Positions 1-8,268 of a stretch of 38,660 nt of DNA are shown here, one piece after another (positions within the stretch are counted from its first letter, which is position 1; each line of letters opens with the position of its first letter). The position numbers were made by a program, and so were the translations under genes. Under the pieces are notes generated by a model. The model ran no database searches. It saw nothing but the letters and a program-made list of their open reading frames with translations, and was not told the origin of the DNA. Source of the stretch: a virus. Its lineage: Duplodnaviria; Caudoviricetes. Location of the stretch: positions 1 through 38,660 of the IMG/VR virus record IMGVR_UViG_3300037361_000007; one strand, given 5' to 3'.

Positions 1-4
1 AATT

Positions 5-928
5 ATGACTGGCACTCCGATTCAAAAAAACTATCCTGATTTGTTTACTCAATTATATTTTTTGTCTCCTCTTATCCTTGGATATACTTCATGGTTTGCA
101 TTTGCGGCTAATCACATTGAATATTCCAAAAAGTATAAAGGACAATATACGGCACATAATACTAGGTATCTAACCGCAAAGATGGAACCATATGTTTATA
201 CTGTTACCAAGGAAGAATGTCTAGACTTGCCGGGCAAAATGTATACTACTAGGTATTTTGATATGACTTCTAAGCAAAGAAAACTTTATAATGAAACAAA
301 AGAAAGTATAGCTTCGGAGTTATACGATTCCGATGGTAACGAAAACGCTTGTATTATTTATAAAATGTTTACGGCATGTCAGGAGATAGCTTCTGGTTTT
401 TTGAATAGTGGGTCATCTAAAATAGAAATTGATAATCCTAGAATTGAGTTGCTTAATGATATAATAGAAGAAACTGGCGAAAATAAAATAGTTATTTGGT
501 GTAAATATCAAAATGATATTGAATCAATTGTTACTAGCCTTAGCCGCGATAGGTGTTCATTGTTTTATGGCGGACTCAATACAAAGCAAAGAGAGTTAGA
601 ACTTGAAAGATTCAAAAATGGCGAATCTAGATTTTTCGTGGCTACACAATCTTGTGGAGGCTTTGGATTAACATTGGTAGAATCTGCATATGTTATATAT
701 TATAATAATGAGTTCAATTATGCGACCAGGAAACAAAGTGAAGATAGAACATATAGGATAGGGCAGACAAGGAAGGTACAATATATAGATATAGTTTGTG
801 AAAAAAGTATAGATTATTTGATCCTTCAGTGTCTTGAAAAGAAAGTATCCATAACAAACGATTTCAAACAAAAATTAAGGGCCGTAAATACAAAAAATGG
901 GCTTAGGAAACTTATAAAAGAGCTCTAG
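5..928 (+). CDS. SNF2-family helicase, C-terminal part (5' end lies outside the window)
   Basis: MTGTP (motif III), KIVIWC, GGFGLTL (motif V), QSEDRTYRIGQ (motif VI). Visibly more AT-rich than the rest of the window. Confidence 0.9.
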   Translation: MTGTPIQKNYPDLFTQLYFLSPLILGYTSWFAFAANHIEYSKKYKGQYTAHNTRYLTAKMEPYVYTVTKEECLDLPGKMYTTRYFDMTSKQRKLYNETKESIASELYDSDGNENACIIYKMFTACQEIASGFLNSGSSKIEIDNPRIELLNDIIEETGENKIVIWCKYQNDIESIVTSLSRDRCSLFYGGLNTKQRELELERFKNGESRFFVATQSCGGFGLTLVESAYVIYYNNEFNYATRKQSEDRTYRIGQTRKVQYIDIVCEKSIDYLILQCLEKKVSITNDFKQKLRAVNTKNGLRKLIKEL

Positions 929-988
929 ATACTATACACATGATAAGTATAAATAAACTGGTTTGAATACATTTTTTACATTTTTGTA

Positions 989-1017
989 TTGACATCACAA
1001 CGGAATGGGTGTATTCT
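989..1017 (+). promoter_or_regulatory. sigma70-type promoter
   Basis: TTGACA (989-994), 17-bp spacer, TATTCT (1012-1017), with an AT-rich upstream tract. Confidence 0.75.
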
Positions 1018-1043
1018 TGAATTATCAGATCAGGGATGTATGT

Positions 1044-1220
1044 ATGAAGTCTATAGAACTTATGAGCAAGTCTGTTGAGAGCCTAAAAGTTGGCGACCAT
1101 TGCTATGGCGGGAAAGTATCATTTATTTCACCATGCAAGATTTGGCGCGATATCCCAGAAGAAGACGAGTGCATATATCATTGCTGTGGCGCTTATTTTC
1201 AGAAAGTAATGATAGACTAA
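1044..1220 (+). CDS. small Cys-rich hypothetical protein
   Basis: ORF 1005..1220. Start moved to ATG 1044, downstream of the promoter and after AGGGA. Confidence 0.6.
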   Translation: MKSIELMSKSVESLKVGDHCYGGKVSFISPCKIWRDIPEEDECIYHCCGAYFQKVMID

Positions 1221-1221
1221 A

Positions 1222-1285
1222 GCCGAAACGGGGCCTAGTGCCCCGTCGCCGGGAATCGATCTACCGGGACCGATGATGGCAGATC
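1222..1285 (+). ncRNA. type II hammerhead ribozyme, variant core
   Basis: GCC-GAAA-stem III (CGGGGC/GCCCCG)-UC-stem I (CCGG/CCGG)-CCGAUGA-U-GGC. Loop GAUCU (1258-62) can pair with 3' AGAUC (1281-85). Confidence 0.7.
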
Positions 1286-1296
1286 ATGGAGGCGAT

Positions 1297-1449
1297 ATGG
1301 AAAAGCATGTCCTGTATAATCGTTTCACCGTTCGCCTTACTAGTTCCGGTTACACAATTTGGGACTTGCGCGAGTATCGGTATCTGTGCTACAATGCGAA
1401 TAAGAAAAGAGCCCGTGAGGCTCTATGTGAAGTTATGGCGATGAATTAA
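1297..1449 (+). CDS. hypothetical protein (50 aa, MEKHVLYNRF...)
   Basis: GGAGG SD; fills the gap between genes; below the ORF-track length cutoff. Confidence 0.65.
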   Translation: MEKHVLYNRFTVRLTSSGYTIWDLREYRYLCYNANKKRAREALCEVMAMN

Positions 1450-1458
1450 GGAGGACAA

Positions 1459-1782
1459 ATGAGTCTAGACATTGATCTTATCGAGACCTCACCACATTCC
1501 GTTTTTGATGCGAACATCACGCACAATCTCGGAACGATGGCTGATAAGGCGGGAATCTATGAGGCCTTGTGGCATCCCGGGGAGGCCGGTATCAAGAAGG
1601 CTTCAGAGCTTGCTCACGCCCTCGCGTCTGCAATTGCGGATATGAAGGCACGGCCCGAGTACTACAAGTCTTTCGATTCGGCCAATGGATGGGGTATGTA
1701 TGACAATTTTATCCCGTGGCTTGAGAAGCTTTACCATGCCTGTATCATGCATCCGAATGCCGAAATTGAAGTAAGTATATAA
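1459..1782 (+). CDS. phage hypothetical protein
   Basis: AAGGAGG SD; MSLDI...NITHNL...MA...GIYEALW...NGWG pattern, which recurs in phage proteins. Confidence 0.8.
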   Translation: MSLDIDLIETSPHSVFDANITHNLGTMADKAGIYEALWHPGEAGIKKASELAHALASAIADMKARPEYYKSFDSANGWGMYDNFIPWLEKLYHACIMHPNAEIEVSI

Positions 1783-1791
1783 GAAGGACAA

Positions 1792-2274
1792 ATGCTTTCG
1801 CAATCGAACATCGACAAACTAGTACTAACTGGACTCTATGGCCACGATGTTCCAGAACCAGACACCGGATATGGGCATGAGCCTTCATGTTGCAAGAACT
1901 GGACTTTTACCGTTAGGATGTGCGATGATGGCCGCGTGTATATGATGGATACATATTATGGAGACATGGCAACCGAATTGACCGACGAGAACTTCGATGA
2001 GTTTCATTTTTTGTTTGATTTCGAGAAAGTACAAAAAGTTAATGAACACGTATGGAATGAGTATCCAGAGGATAAACGATTTTGGGCTCCGACTGATTCG
2101 GGCGGTACTTATTGCGGAGGTAGTTACTTTATTTTGAAGGGGGCGAAACCATCAAAAGCATTGAAACGCGAAATACTTCTCACCGAAATCCGTAGCGCTG
2201 AAAGTAAATTAGAGTCTAAGCACTACGAATTGCAGCGACTTGACACCGACGGAATGGGCGGATTTTACGAATAA
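1792..2274 (+). CDS. hypothetical protein
   Basis: AAGGA SD; tight packing with neighbours. Confidence 0.75.
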   Translation: MLSQSNIDKLVLTGLYGHDVPEPDTGYGHEPSCCKNWTFTVRMCDDGRVYMMDTYYGDMATELTDENFDEFHFLFDFEKVQKVNEHVWNEYPEDKRFWAPTDSGGTYCGGSYFILKGAKPSKALKREILLTEIRSAESKLESKHYELQRLDTDGMGGFYE

Positions 2275-2284
2275 GGAGGAACCA

Positions 2285-2467
2285 ATGACACAAGAAGAGC
2301 GTATTGATAAGACAATCGAGATCGCCGCTAGGATTGCGTCTGCAATTTTTGACGCTCCAAAGGAAAGGGGGCTTGATGGCGGATTTGATCCGCAAAATGT
2401 TTCTACTATTTGTGTGCAATATGCTAAGGCCATAATCTCGGAAGCAGAAAAGGAGTACGTAAAATGA
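2285..2467 (+). CDS. hypothetical protein
   Basis: AAGGAGG SD before ATG 2285. Confidence 0.7.
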   Translation: MTQEERIDKTIEIAARIASAIFDAPKERGLDGGFDPQNVSTICVQYAKAIISEAEKEYVK

Positions 2468-2622
2468 TCGGAACTTGTGAGAAAATACGTCACGATAAAA
2501 ACAAAGGTCTTTATCGCCCCATCCCAAACTTTTGCCCGGTCATTGCCCGTATCGGATTGCAGAATCCCGGCCTCGTTCATTCCGGGCCGTCAATGCTAGG
2601 GATTGTGAGCGATGCCAGTTAA
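2464..2622 (+). CDS. hypothetical protein (52 aa, MIGTCEKIRH...)
   Basis: ATGA overlap with the previous gene; AGGAG SD. Confidence 0.45.
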   Translation: MIGTCEKIRHDKNKGLYRPIPNFCPVIARIGLQNPGLVHSGPSMLGIVSDAS

Positions 2623-2848
2623 GGTCACGCCAGAGATAGCGGCCTATAATCTAGGCCGCGCCGTTCTCGAATCGGCCCTTGACGATTACGTCGAGGGTAC
2701 TTGCTTTTCTCGCGACGATGCGTTAAACTTTTTTGAGTCGGGAGATTTTGAGCTATTCGCTAATTGGGCCGGATATGACCCACAGAAATTGATCGATGGT
2801 ATGAGAAGTAAAAGAAGAGGGCCGCAAGGTACTCTCAAGTTTTATTAG
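2612..2848 (+). CDS. hypothetical protein
   Basis: ORF with pattern 'L..AVLE.A..DY...A..FF.S..F'. Confidence 0.7.
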   Translation: MPVKVTPEIAAYNLGRAVLESALDDYVEGTCFSRDDALNFFESGDFELFANWAGYDPQKLIDGMRSKRRGPQGTLKFY

Positions 2849-2860
2849 GAGGTTCATTGA

Positions 2861-3790
2861 ATGATTCTTAAACCGAATCAGATTTCTAGCGCTAGGCGCT
2901 ACTCGGTACTTCTTGCCGGTGTCCCCGGCATTGGAAAGTCAACACTCGCGCTCTCTGGCCCCGCTACGCTTGCGGTTATGACCGATCCGGGCGGGTGGGA
3001 TAGGATTCCCGCACATTGTCGCAAGGCGGAACGCATTGAGCCCAAGGATTACGAGGAAGTCTTGAGCGATCTCGTTCCCGCGAATCTCGGCCAATTCGAG
3101 ACTATCGCAATTGATACAGGTGGCTCGTTTCTCAACCTCATGAAGCCGTGGGTGATCAAACAGGCCCCCAAGAATGTCCAGCACGACGGAAAGACGCTTT
3201 CCATGCAGGGCTACGGGGCTCTCGCCAATGAGTTCTCGCGTATGGTGGTGTATATCCGCGAGGAGCTTAGGAAGCATCTAGTTATTACATTCCACGTCAA
3301 GGAAGAGACGGACAATGATGTTAACGTCTATCGCCTCGACATGGACGGAAAGAGCCGGAATGAGATTTGGAAGCCCATGGACTTAGGCGGGTTTATGGAA
3401 ACAAACGGAAATAAGCGGACTATCTGTTTCTCGCCCTCAGATAGATTTTACGCTAAAGGTACGCATGGAATCGAGGGAGTCATTGAGCTTCCCAACGTTA
3501 TGAAGGGTGAGCCTAACGATTTCCTTACGACGCTCTTTGTTAAGATCGCGACTAATGTCCAGGAAGAGGCAAAGCTCGGCGAGGCCTATGATAAGATCAT
3601 GGCGGGATTTCGCAACATGATGGATGAGATCAAAACGCCGGACGATGCAAACGCGGCCTTGAATCTTATCAACACAACTGAACATGTTTTTGGTAGCAAA
3701 GCCGAGAGTAAGTATCTCCTCAACAACAAGATCAAAGCCCTCGGATTTGAGTACGTCAAGGATAAGGGCTTCGAGGTAGTGAGCAAGTGA
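2861..3790 (+). CDS. Sak4-like (AAA_24) ssDNA-annealing ATPase
   Basis: Walker A GVPGIGKS, Walker B TIAIDT, QGYG, LVITFH; recombination-module context. Confidence 0.85.
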   Translation: MILKPNQISSARRYSVLLAGVPGIGKSTLALSGPATLAVMTDPGGWDRIPAHCRKAERIEPKDYEEVLSDLVPANLGQFETIAIDTGGSFLNLMKPWVIKQAPKNVQHDGKTLSMQGYGALANEFSRMVVYIREELRKHLVITFHVKEETDNDVNVYRLDMDGKSRNEIWKPMDLGGFMETNGNKRTICFSPSDRFYAKGTHGIEGVIELPNVMKGEPNDFLTTLFVKIATNVQEEAKLGEAYDKIMAGFRNMMDEIKTPDDANAALNLINTTEHVFGSKAESKYLLNNKIKALGFEYVKDKGFEVVSK

Positions 3791-4392
3791 GCCTTCTTGT
3801 TACGGCTTCCCTCCTCGGCTCTTGGGAGTGGTATCTAAACTCCTGGGATGACGGGGAGGATCAAGCTCTAGCCGACTTTGTAACCTCGCTAAACCGCGAA
3901 TCGATTCCCGATAATCCCGCGATGAAAGCGGGGCGCGATTTTGAGGATGCGGTTACGGCTCTTTGCGTTGAGAGCAAGGAGCCCGGCGAGGGGGGCTATG
4001 GAGATTGTGTCCGCGAGGTTGCTAGCTATGTCCGCGATGGATGCTTTCAGCTCAAGGCGTCAAAAGAGGTTGATATAGATGGTACTAGTTTCCTGCTTTA
4101 TGGCCGTCTCGATGCTCTCAAGGGCGCATGGATTTATGACATAAAATATGGCAAGTCTTTCGAGATGGGGAAATATCACAAGAGCCCACAAACGAAAATG
4201 TACTTGGATTTGATTGATGGGCCTATCGGGATGCGGTATCTTTATGCCGATGGGGCCGGGGTGTACGTTGACGAGTATCGCCGGGAAGTAGTCGAATCGG
4301 TTATCCCGAATGTCAAATCATTTTGGGACTGGCTTAATAACTTTCCTGAATATCTCTCGATCTATAAGGACAAGTGGACTTCAAAATACTAA
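3787..4392 (+). CDS. PD-(D/E)XK (Cas4/RecB-like) exonuclease
   Basis: G.DFE, GRLD...IYDIKY, QxxxY motifs; GTGA overlap with the Sak4-like gene. Confidence 0.8.
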   Translation: MSLLVTASLLGSWEWYLNSWDDGEDQALADFVTSLNRESIPDNPAMKAGRDFEDAVTALCVESKEPGEGGYGDCVREVASYVRDGCFQLKASKEVDIDGTSFLLYGRLDALKGAWIYDIKYGKSFEMGKYHKSPQTKMYLDLIDGPIGMRYLYADGAGVYVDEYRREVVESVIPNVKSFWDWLNNFPEYLSIYKDKWTSKY

Positions 4393-4434
4393 TCAACTAA
4401 TTCCGTCTAATTAGTTTAGGCGGAATTGATTGAT
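4392..4434 (+). other. long intergenic hairpin without U-tract
   Basis: TAATTCCGTCTAA (4398-4410) pairs with TTAGGCGGAATTG (4416-28), extended by ATCAA/TTGAT. Confidence 0.6.
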
Positions 4435-4457
4435 AGACATACTAAGGAGGAACAAAA

Positions 4458-5006
4458 ATGGATGAAGAGAAAGTAGTTCTTAACACTTCCGATGAGGCGG
4501 CGCACCTTGTAACAGGCCTGTCCGGTTGGGTTTCCTCGAATGGACACTTTTGGGGAAATGATGAACAAATGGCGCGTTATGATGGATGTACGCATAAGGT
4601 TTGCGAGTGTGGCAAAATTATGGAGAAGTATTGGACGAAATGCGCCGATTGCCGAAAAAAGGCAGACGATGAGCGCTTTAATTCATTCCCCAAACAGGAA
4701 TGGGACGAGGAAACGCCGATCACGCTTTTTGATGGCGGCGAATACTTTTTTGACCGAGAACAACTTGAAGAATGGTGTGATGAACACGACACAAAACCTA
4801 GTGAGTTGCAACTCGTTATCTGCAAGCCGAATATCGCAGAAGAGATTGAGGATGATTTTTATTGTGATGATCTTTCGGAAGATCAATCTCTTGAAGACGC
4901 GGCTCCTGAACTTGCGGAAAAAATTGAAGAGCTTAATAAATACATCCGCGAGAATAAACCTATATTGTCGTGGAGTCCCTCGAATGTGGCGGCGGTTATC
5001 AATTAA
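4458..5006 (+). CDS. acidic phage hypothetical protein with Cys cluster
   Basis: AAGGAGG SD; GWVS..G.FWG.DE..ARY.GCTH..C..CG pattern. Confidence 0.8.
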   Translation: MDEEKVVLNTSDEAAHLVTGLSGWVSSNGHFWGNDEQMARYDGCTHKVCECGKIMEKYWTKCADCRKKADDERFNSFPKQEWDEETPITLFDGGEYFFDREQLEEWCDEHDTKPSELQLVICKPNIAEEIEDDFYCDDLSEDQSLEDAAPELAEKIEELNKYIRENKPILSWSPSNVAAVIN

Positions 5007-5798
5007 ATGCGTCTTCATTTTCCTGCCACTCTCGACCTAAAAGAATACAACCGCCTCGGAATAACAAAAGGAGATGACCTTTTAATCCTTAGTTATCCCG
5101 AGGTGTACCGTGACAAAATCCGTGCCGAAATGCGAAAGATTGTAGAGAAGAATGCAAAAAACGCGGCTAGCGGGAAAGAGCCTGTTGAATTAGATGTAAA
5201 TATCGACATACATTACAAGAAAAGATCGCTCGATCAAAACGCTTGGCTGTGGGAGGCCCATACCCTGGAGGCCAATATTGTCAATGGACATAAATCTGCG
5301 TGGACGGATGACCAAAAGATAAAATGGCGCGAGGCTGGAAGTGTAACTCCTGAAATCATACACGAGGACTACCTGGAGCGATTCGCCCCTCGCGGTATTA
5401 TCGATGTTCAGCCCGGCATGGTCGATGCTGTCCGACAAATGGTGAACGAAACTATGGGTCGCGTGGTTGACGAGAAGTGGATACCAGAAAATCAAGTTAT
5501 GCGATTCACGGTGTGGAAGACTTCGTCCTATATGAACGTAGCCGAGTTTTGCCAATTGTCCGAACGCGTTAAAGAGCAAATGATTAGTTATGGTATCAAC
5601 CTTGACGATGCGGTTGACTGGAATAATCTAATGATCGATCTTGAGGGAGTAAAATCCCGAGCGGTAACACAAGAGGAGAAAGCCAAAGAATCTTCCCTAA
5701 CGGTAACACAAGCAGAGGCCCCGTTGACTAAACAGAAAGACCCTGTTAGCATGGTTGCCGGTGTATTCAAAGGCGAAATACAAGAGGATTTATTTTAA
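5007..5798 (+). CDS. NinB/Orf-like recombination protein (extended)
   Basis: KKRSLDQNAWLW and TSSYM..EF..L motifs. Confidence 0.6.
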   Translation: MRLHFPATLDLKEYNRLGITKGDDLLILSYPEVYRDKIRAEMRKIVEKNAKNAASGKEPVELDVNIDIHYKKRSLDQNAWLWEAHTLEANIVNGHKSAWTDDQKIKWREAGSVTPEIIHEDYLERFAPRGIIDVQPGMVDAVRQMVNETMGRVVDEKWIPENQVMRFTVWKTSSYMNVAEFCQLSERVKEQMISYGINLDDAVDWNNLMIDLEGVKSRAVTQEEKAKESSLTVTQAEAPLTKQKDPVSMVAGVFKGEIQEDLF

Positions 5799-6100
5799 TG
5801 ACTAATCTTGAAAAGCTAGAAGCCAATGACCGACGTGAAGAGATATTCGCCCGTGACAACTGGACTTGCCGGATTTGCGGGAAGCCGCTTAGAACTGGTA
5901 TTCCGCAATTGGCTCACCGTATCGCCGCAACACAGGCTAATATAAAAAAGTACGGTCGGGAGATTATCTATCACTCATTGAATATGTGGTCTACGTGTTC
6001 GCTTGATTGTAACTCGCATTGCAATATCGGGAATAGGCCCGTTGAAAGAGAGCTTTTGATTGACGAGATTCTAGCGGCAATAGACAGGGGTGAAAAATGA
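5798..6100 (+). CDS. HNH-type Zn-finger endonuclease-like protein
   Basis: IFARDNWTCRICG...AHRI...N...C...CN. Confidence 0.7.
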   Translation: MTNLEKLEANDRREEIFARDNWTCRICGKPLRTGIPQLAHRIAATQANIKKYGREIIYHSLNMWSTCSLDCNSHCNIGNRPVERELLIDEILAAIDRGEK

Positions 6101-6294
6101 AGTTTGTATGTTTGAAGTGCGGGCATGTGTCAGACCTAAGGCATGAAGGGTGGGCTATTAATTGTGCCGGTAATCTAGTTTATAATAGGAAATCAAAGTA
6201 CCTAACTTGTACTAATTGTCTAACAAGACAGCCTATTAGGCCCATTGAAGCCGCGATATGGATAGCTCGCGGAATGCCTAAAATTACTAAGTAA
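6097..6294 (+). CDS. Zn-ribbon hypothetical protein
   Basis: CLKC...CTNC; ATGA overlap. Confidence 0.65.
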   Translation: MKFVCLKCGHVSDLRHEGWAINCAGNLVYNRKSKYLTCTNCLTRQPIRPIEAAIWIARGMPKITK

Positions 6295-6303
6295 GGAGGC
6301 GAT

Positions 6304-6489
6304 ATGAGTTTTATGGATTCCACGTTCTGCGAGTACGAGGATTGCACGAAATGGCTAACATGCCCACGCGCTCTAGGCCCGGATGTTAAATTGCGGGCTC
6401 TTGCATGGTGGGGAAAACCAGACCCGCCTATCTGTGTGTTTTCTGACAAACCGGAATGCTTTACAAAGGAGATACAGAATGGAAATTAG
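6304..6489 (+). CDS. small Cys-rich hypothetical protein
   Basis: AAGGAGG SD. Confidence 0.7.
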   Translation: MSFMDSTFCEYEDCTKWLTCPRALGPDVKLRALAWWGKPDPPICVFSDKPECFTKEIQNGN

Positions 6490-6862
6490 CGAGCTTGTGA
6501 AAATTGCCCATGCAAATGCAGTCGCTAAAGGATTTTATCCAGAGGGTCAAAAGAAGGAACTTGGAACGCTGCTTATGTTAGTTGTATCTGAATTAGGGGA
6601 ATGTCTAGAGGCTGATAGACGCGGAAAGTGGGCTATTCCCGATGAGGCATGGTATACCCTCGATTCGCAAACCGTGTCACAAAATGATAAAAACGCATGG
6701 TTCGAAAAGGAAATCAAAGATTCTGTCCAAGACGAAATAGCCGATGTCTTCATACGCCTTGCTGATATGTGTGGATATTATAATATTGACATAGACTCGC
6801 AAATAAGAGCTAAGATGGATTATAACGCTACTCGTGAAAAACTTCATGGAAAGAAGTATTGA
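6479..6862 (+). CDS. MazG-like nucleotide pyrophosphohydrolase
   Basis: LVVSELGECLEA, DEIADVFIRLAD, KMDYNATR..LHGKKY; start at ATG 6479 after AAGGAG. Confidence 0.9.
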   Translation: MEISELVKIAHANAVAKGFYPEGQKKELGTLLMLVVSELGECLEADRRGKWAIPDEAWYTLDSQTVSQNDKNAWFEKEIKDSVQDEIADVFIRLADMCGYYNIDIDSQIRAKMDYNATREKLHGKKY

Positions 6863-7047
6863 TGAAAGTAAAACTAACTAGTTCCATTCTCGTACCAAGT
6901 CCAGGAATCCCCTCATTTTGCAAGGACGATACCGGGATTGACCTAAACGAAATAATGCTGGCACAATATGAGCAGATACGAACCGCTTACATTGCGGCCC
7001 GTGATAATTTGATAGCGGCCTATAAACAAGGCGGAGGAGTGTACTAA
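6862..7047 (+). CDS. hypothetical protein
   Basis: Tightly coupled ORF. Confidence 0.6.
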   Translation: MKVKLTSSILVPSPGIPSFCKDDTGIDLNEIMLAQYEQIRTAYIAARDNLIAAYKQGGGVY

Positions 7048-7048
7048 G

Positions 7049-7357
7049 ATGACTGAATCAGTTGGAGCAATTTGGAAACGAGCGAGTAAAAAAGACGGAA
7101 AGGAATATCTTTCAATCTCCTTTACTCATCCCGATGGTAAAAAATCGGAGTTTATCGCCTTCGTGAATGACAAGGATGGGAACGACAAGAGGCCCGATTA
7201 TAAGATTTACAAGAGTTTGCCCATAGGGCAGCGCCCCACGCAATCTAGCCCCCCTGTAGCGCCTCCTAGGGGCAATTCGACGGGGGCCGCCAATCCAGCA
7301 ATCCCGAACCAAGGACGGCCCAGCACGGTGCCCTTTGACGACGACGTGCCATTCTGA
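7049..7357 (+). CDS. SSB-like protein (DUF736-like)
   Basis: VGAIW...GKEYLS...N.K....PDY, a Pro/Gly-rich linker and an acidic DDDVPF tail. Confidence 0.75.
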   Translation: MTESVGAIWKRASKKDGKEYLSISFTHPDGKKSEFIAFVNDKDGNDKRPDYKIYKSLPIGQRPTQSSPPVAPPRGNSTGAANPAIPNQGRPSTVPFDDDVPF

Positions 7358-7382
7358 CATTGTTTGTTAATATGGAGACTTA

Positions 7383-7409
7383 GGGCGGCTTCGGTCGCCT
7401 TTTATTTTC
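7383..7409 (+). terminator. intrinsic terminator
   Basis: GGGCGGC-TTCG-GTCGCCT followed by a T-tract. Confidence 0.85.
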
Positions 7410-7417
7410 TTTTATTC

Positions 7418-7447
7418 TTGACATGATCTTGGCTTTTGGGATACACT
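7418..7447 (+). promoter_or_regulatory. sigma70-type promoter
   Basis: TTGACA, 18-bp spacer, TACACT. Confidence 0.65.
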
Positions 7448-7466
7448 AGCAATCGGAGGTAACATC

Positions 7467-7724
7467 ATGAGCTGTTCAGAAAAACATACTCCAATTATCA
7501 AAGTGGCGCGTGGGTCTACGAAGATTTCAAAGCGTCTCGCGGCCAAAGCGGCACGGCATTGCGATTTGTCTAACGGTTGCAATTATAAACGCGTGTTTGA
7601 TTCCTGGGATATTTGTGACTATCGGTCTAATCTTTATAAAAACTATGATAATCACTGCAATCCAAAATCACGATGGTTTGCCCCACTTTCCCCGAAAGTA
7701 TTGCGCATGTATTGGAACAAGTAG
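7467..7724 (+). CDS. basic hypothetical protein
   Basis: GGAGG SD; YKR.FDSWDICDY motif. Confidence 0.75.
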   Translation: MSCSEKHTPIIKVARGSTKISKRLAAKAARHCDLSNGCNYKRVFDSWDICDYRSNLYKNYDNHCNPKSRWFAPLSPKVLRMYWNK

Positions 7725-7725
7725 C

Positions 7726-7754
7726 TTGACGCTTTCTCGCGCTTTCGTTACACT
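7726..7754 (+). promoter_or_regulatory. sigma70-type promoter
   Basis: TTGACG, 17-bp spacer, TACACT. Confidence 0.65.
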
Positions 7755-7804
7755 GTTTTTAGCTTGGGGCCTAGCTCCAATATTTTATTTTATCGAGGTG
7801 CAAA

Positions 7805-7975
7805 GTGACTAAGCAGAATTGGCTCAAGATCGGCGGAGTGGTTGGAATTGTCGGCGGAAGCATCGCTCTGTATCTCTCCGGTGTTGATGAGACGGTTGTG
7901 GGTGGCGTGGTCGCGGCGGTCTTTGTTCTCGCCGGTGTTATTGCGGGACTGTTCGGAGTTACGAAGAAGGCGTAA
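7805..7975 (+). CDS. small two-TM membrane protein (56 aa; holin-like?)
   Basis: GAGGTG SD with GTG start; MTKQNWLKIGGVVGIVGGSIALYLSGVDETVVGGVVAAVFVLAGVIAGLFGVTKKA. Not in the ORF track. Confidence 0.7.
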   Translation: MTKQNWLKIGGVVGIVGGSIALYLSGVDETVVGGVVAAVFVLAGVIAGLFGVTKKA

Positions 7976-8017
7976 GCTGAAAGCGAGGTTGCGATAGTGC
8001 CGCCCAAGCAGTAATTA

Positions 8018-8085
8018 GTCGGCGGTAGCTCCGTAGGAATGAGCGTGTTACCCGCTTCGGTTGCTACCGCAACTGTCCGCCGGCA
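8018..8085 (+). ncRNA. tRNA-like structured element (degenerate)
   Basis: Closing stem GTCGGCGG/CCGCCGGC, TA-GCTC...GAGC D-arm-like hairpin and CGGTTGC/GCAACTG hairpin. No canonical anticodon loop or T loop. Confidence 0.35.
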
Positions 8086-8168
8086 GGATTCGGTGACTGT
8101 CCTTCTTTCGGTGGGAGAGGACGAGAAAACTAGACCGATGGCCTAACGGGTAGAAAGTGACCCGAAAT

Positions 8169-8240
8169 ACGCAGATGATGGAATGCAGACATACGGGACT
8201 TAGAATCTCGGGCGTGTGGGTTCAAGACCCATTCTCCGCA
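8169..8240 (+). tRNA. tRNA-Leu(TAG), degenerate or pseudo
   Basis: Anticodon arm CGGGA-CTTAGAA-TCTCG; T arm GTGGG-TTCAAGA-CCCAT; two acceptor-stem mismatches; no long variable arm. Confidence 0.6.
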
Positions 8241-8268
8241 AGCAGTTTTATTTTATCAGGAGGTTGTT

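Noticed and set aside
3787-4392. Cas4 or a CRISPR system
   Set aside because: No repeat-spacer array or other cas gene is present, and the Sak4-like neighbour indicates phage recombination.
7771-8007. Minus-strand Thr/Pro-rich ORF
   Set aside because: It is the shadow of the plus-strand membrane-protein gene 7805..7975, which has a promoter and SD.
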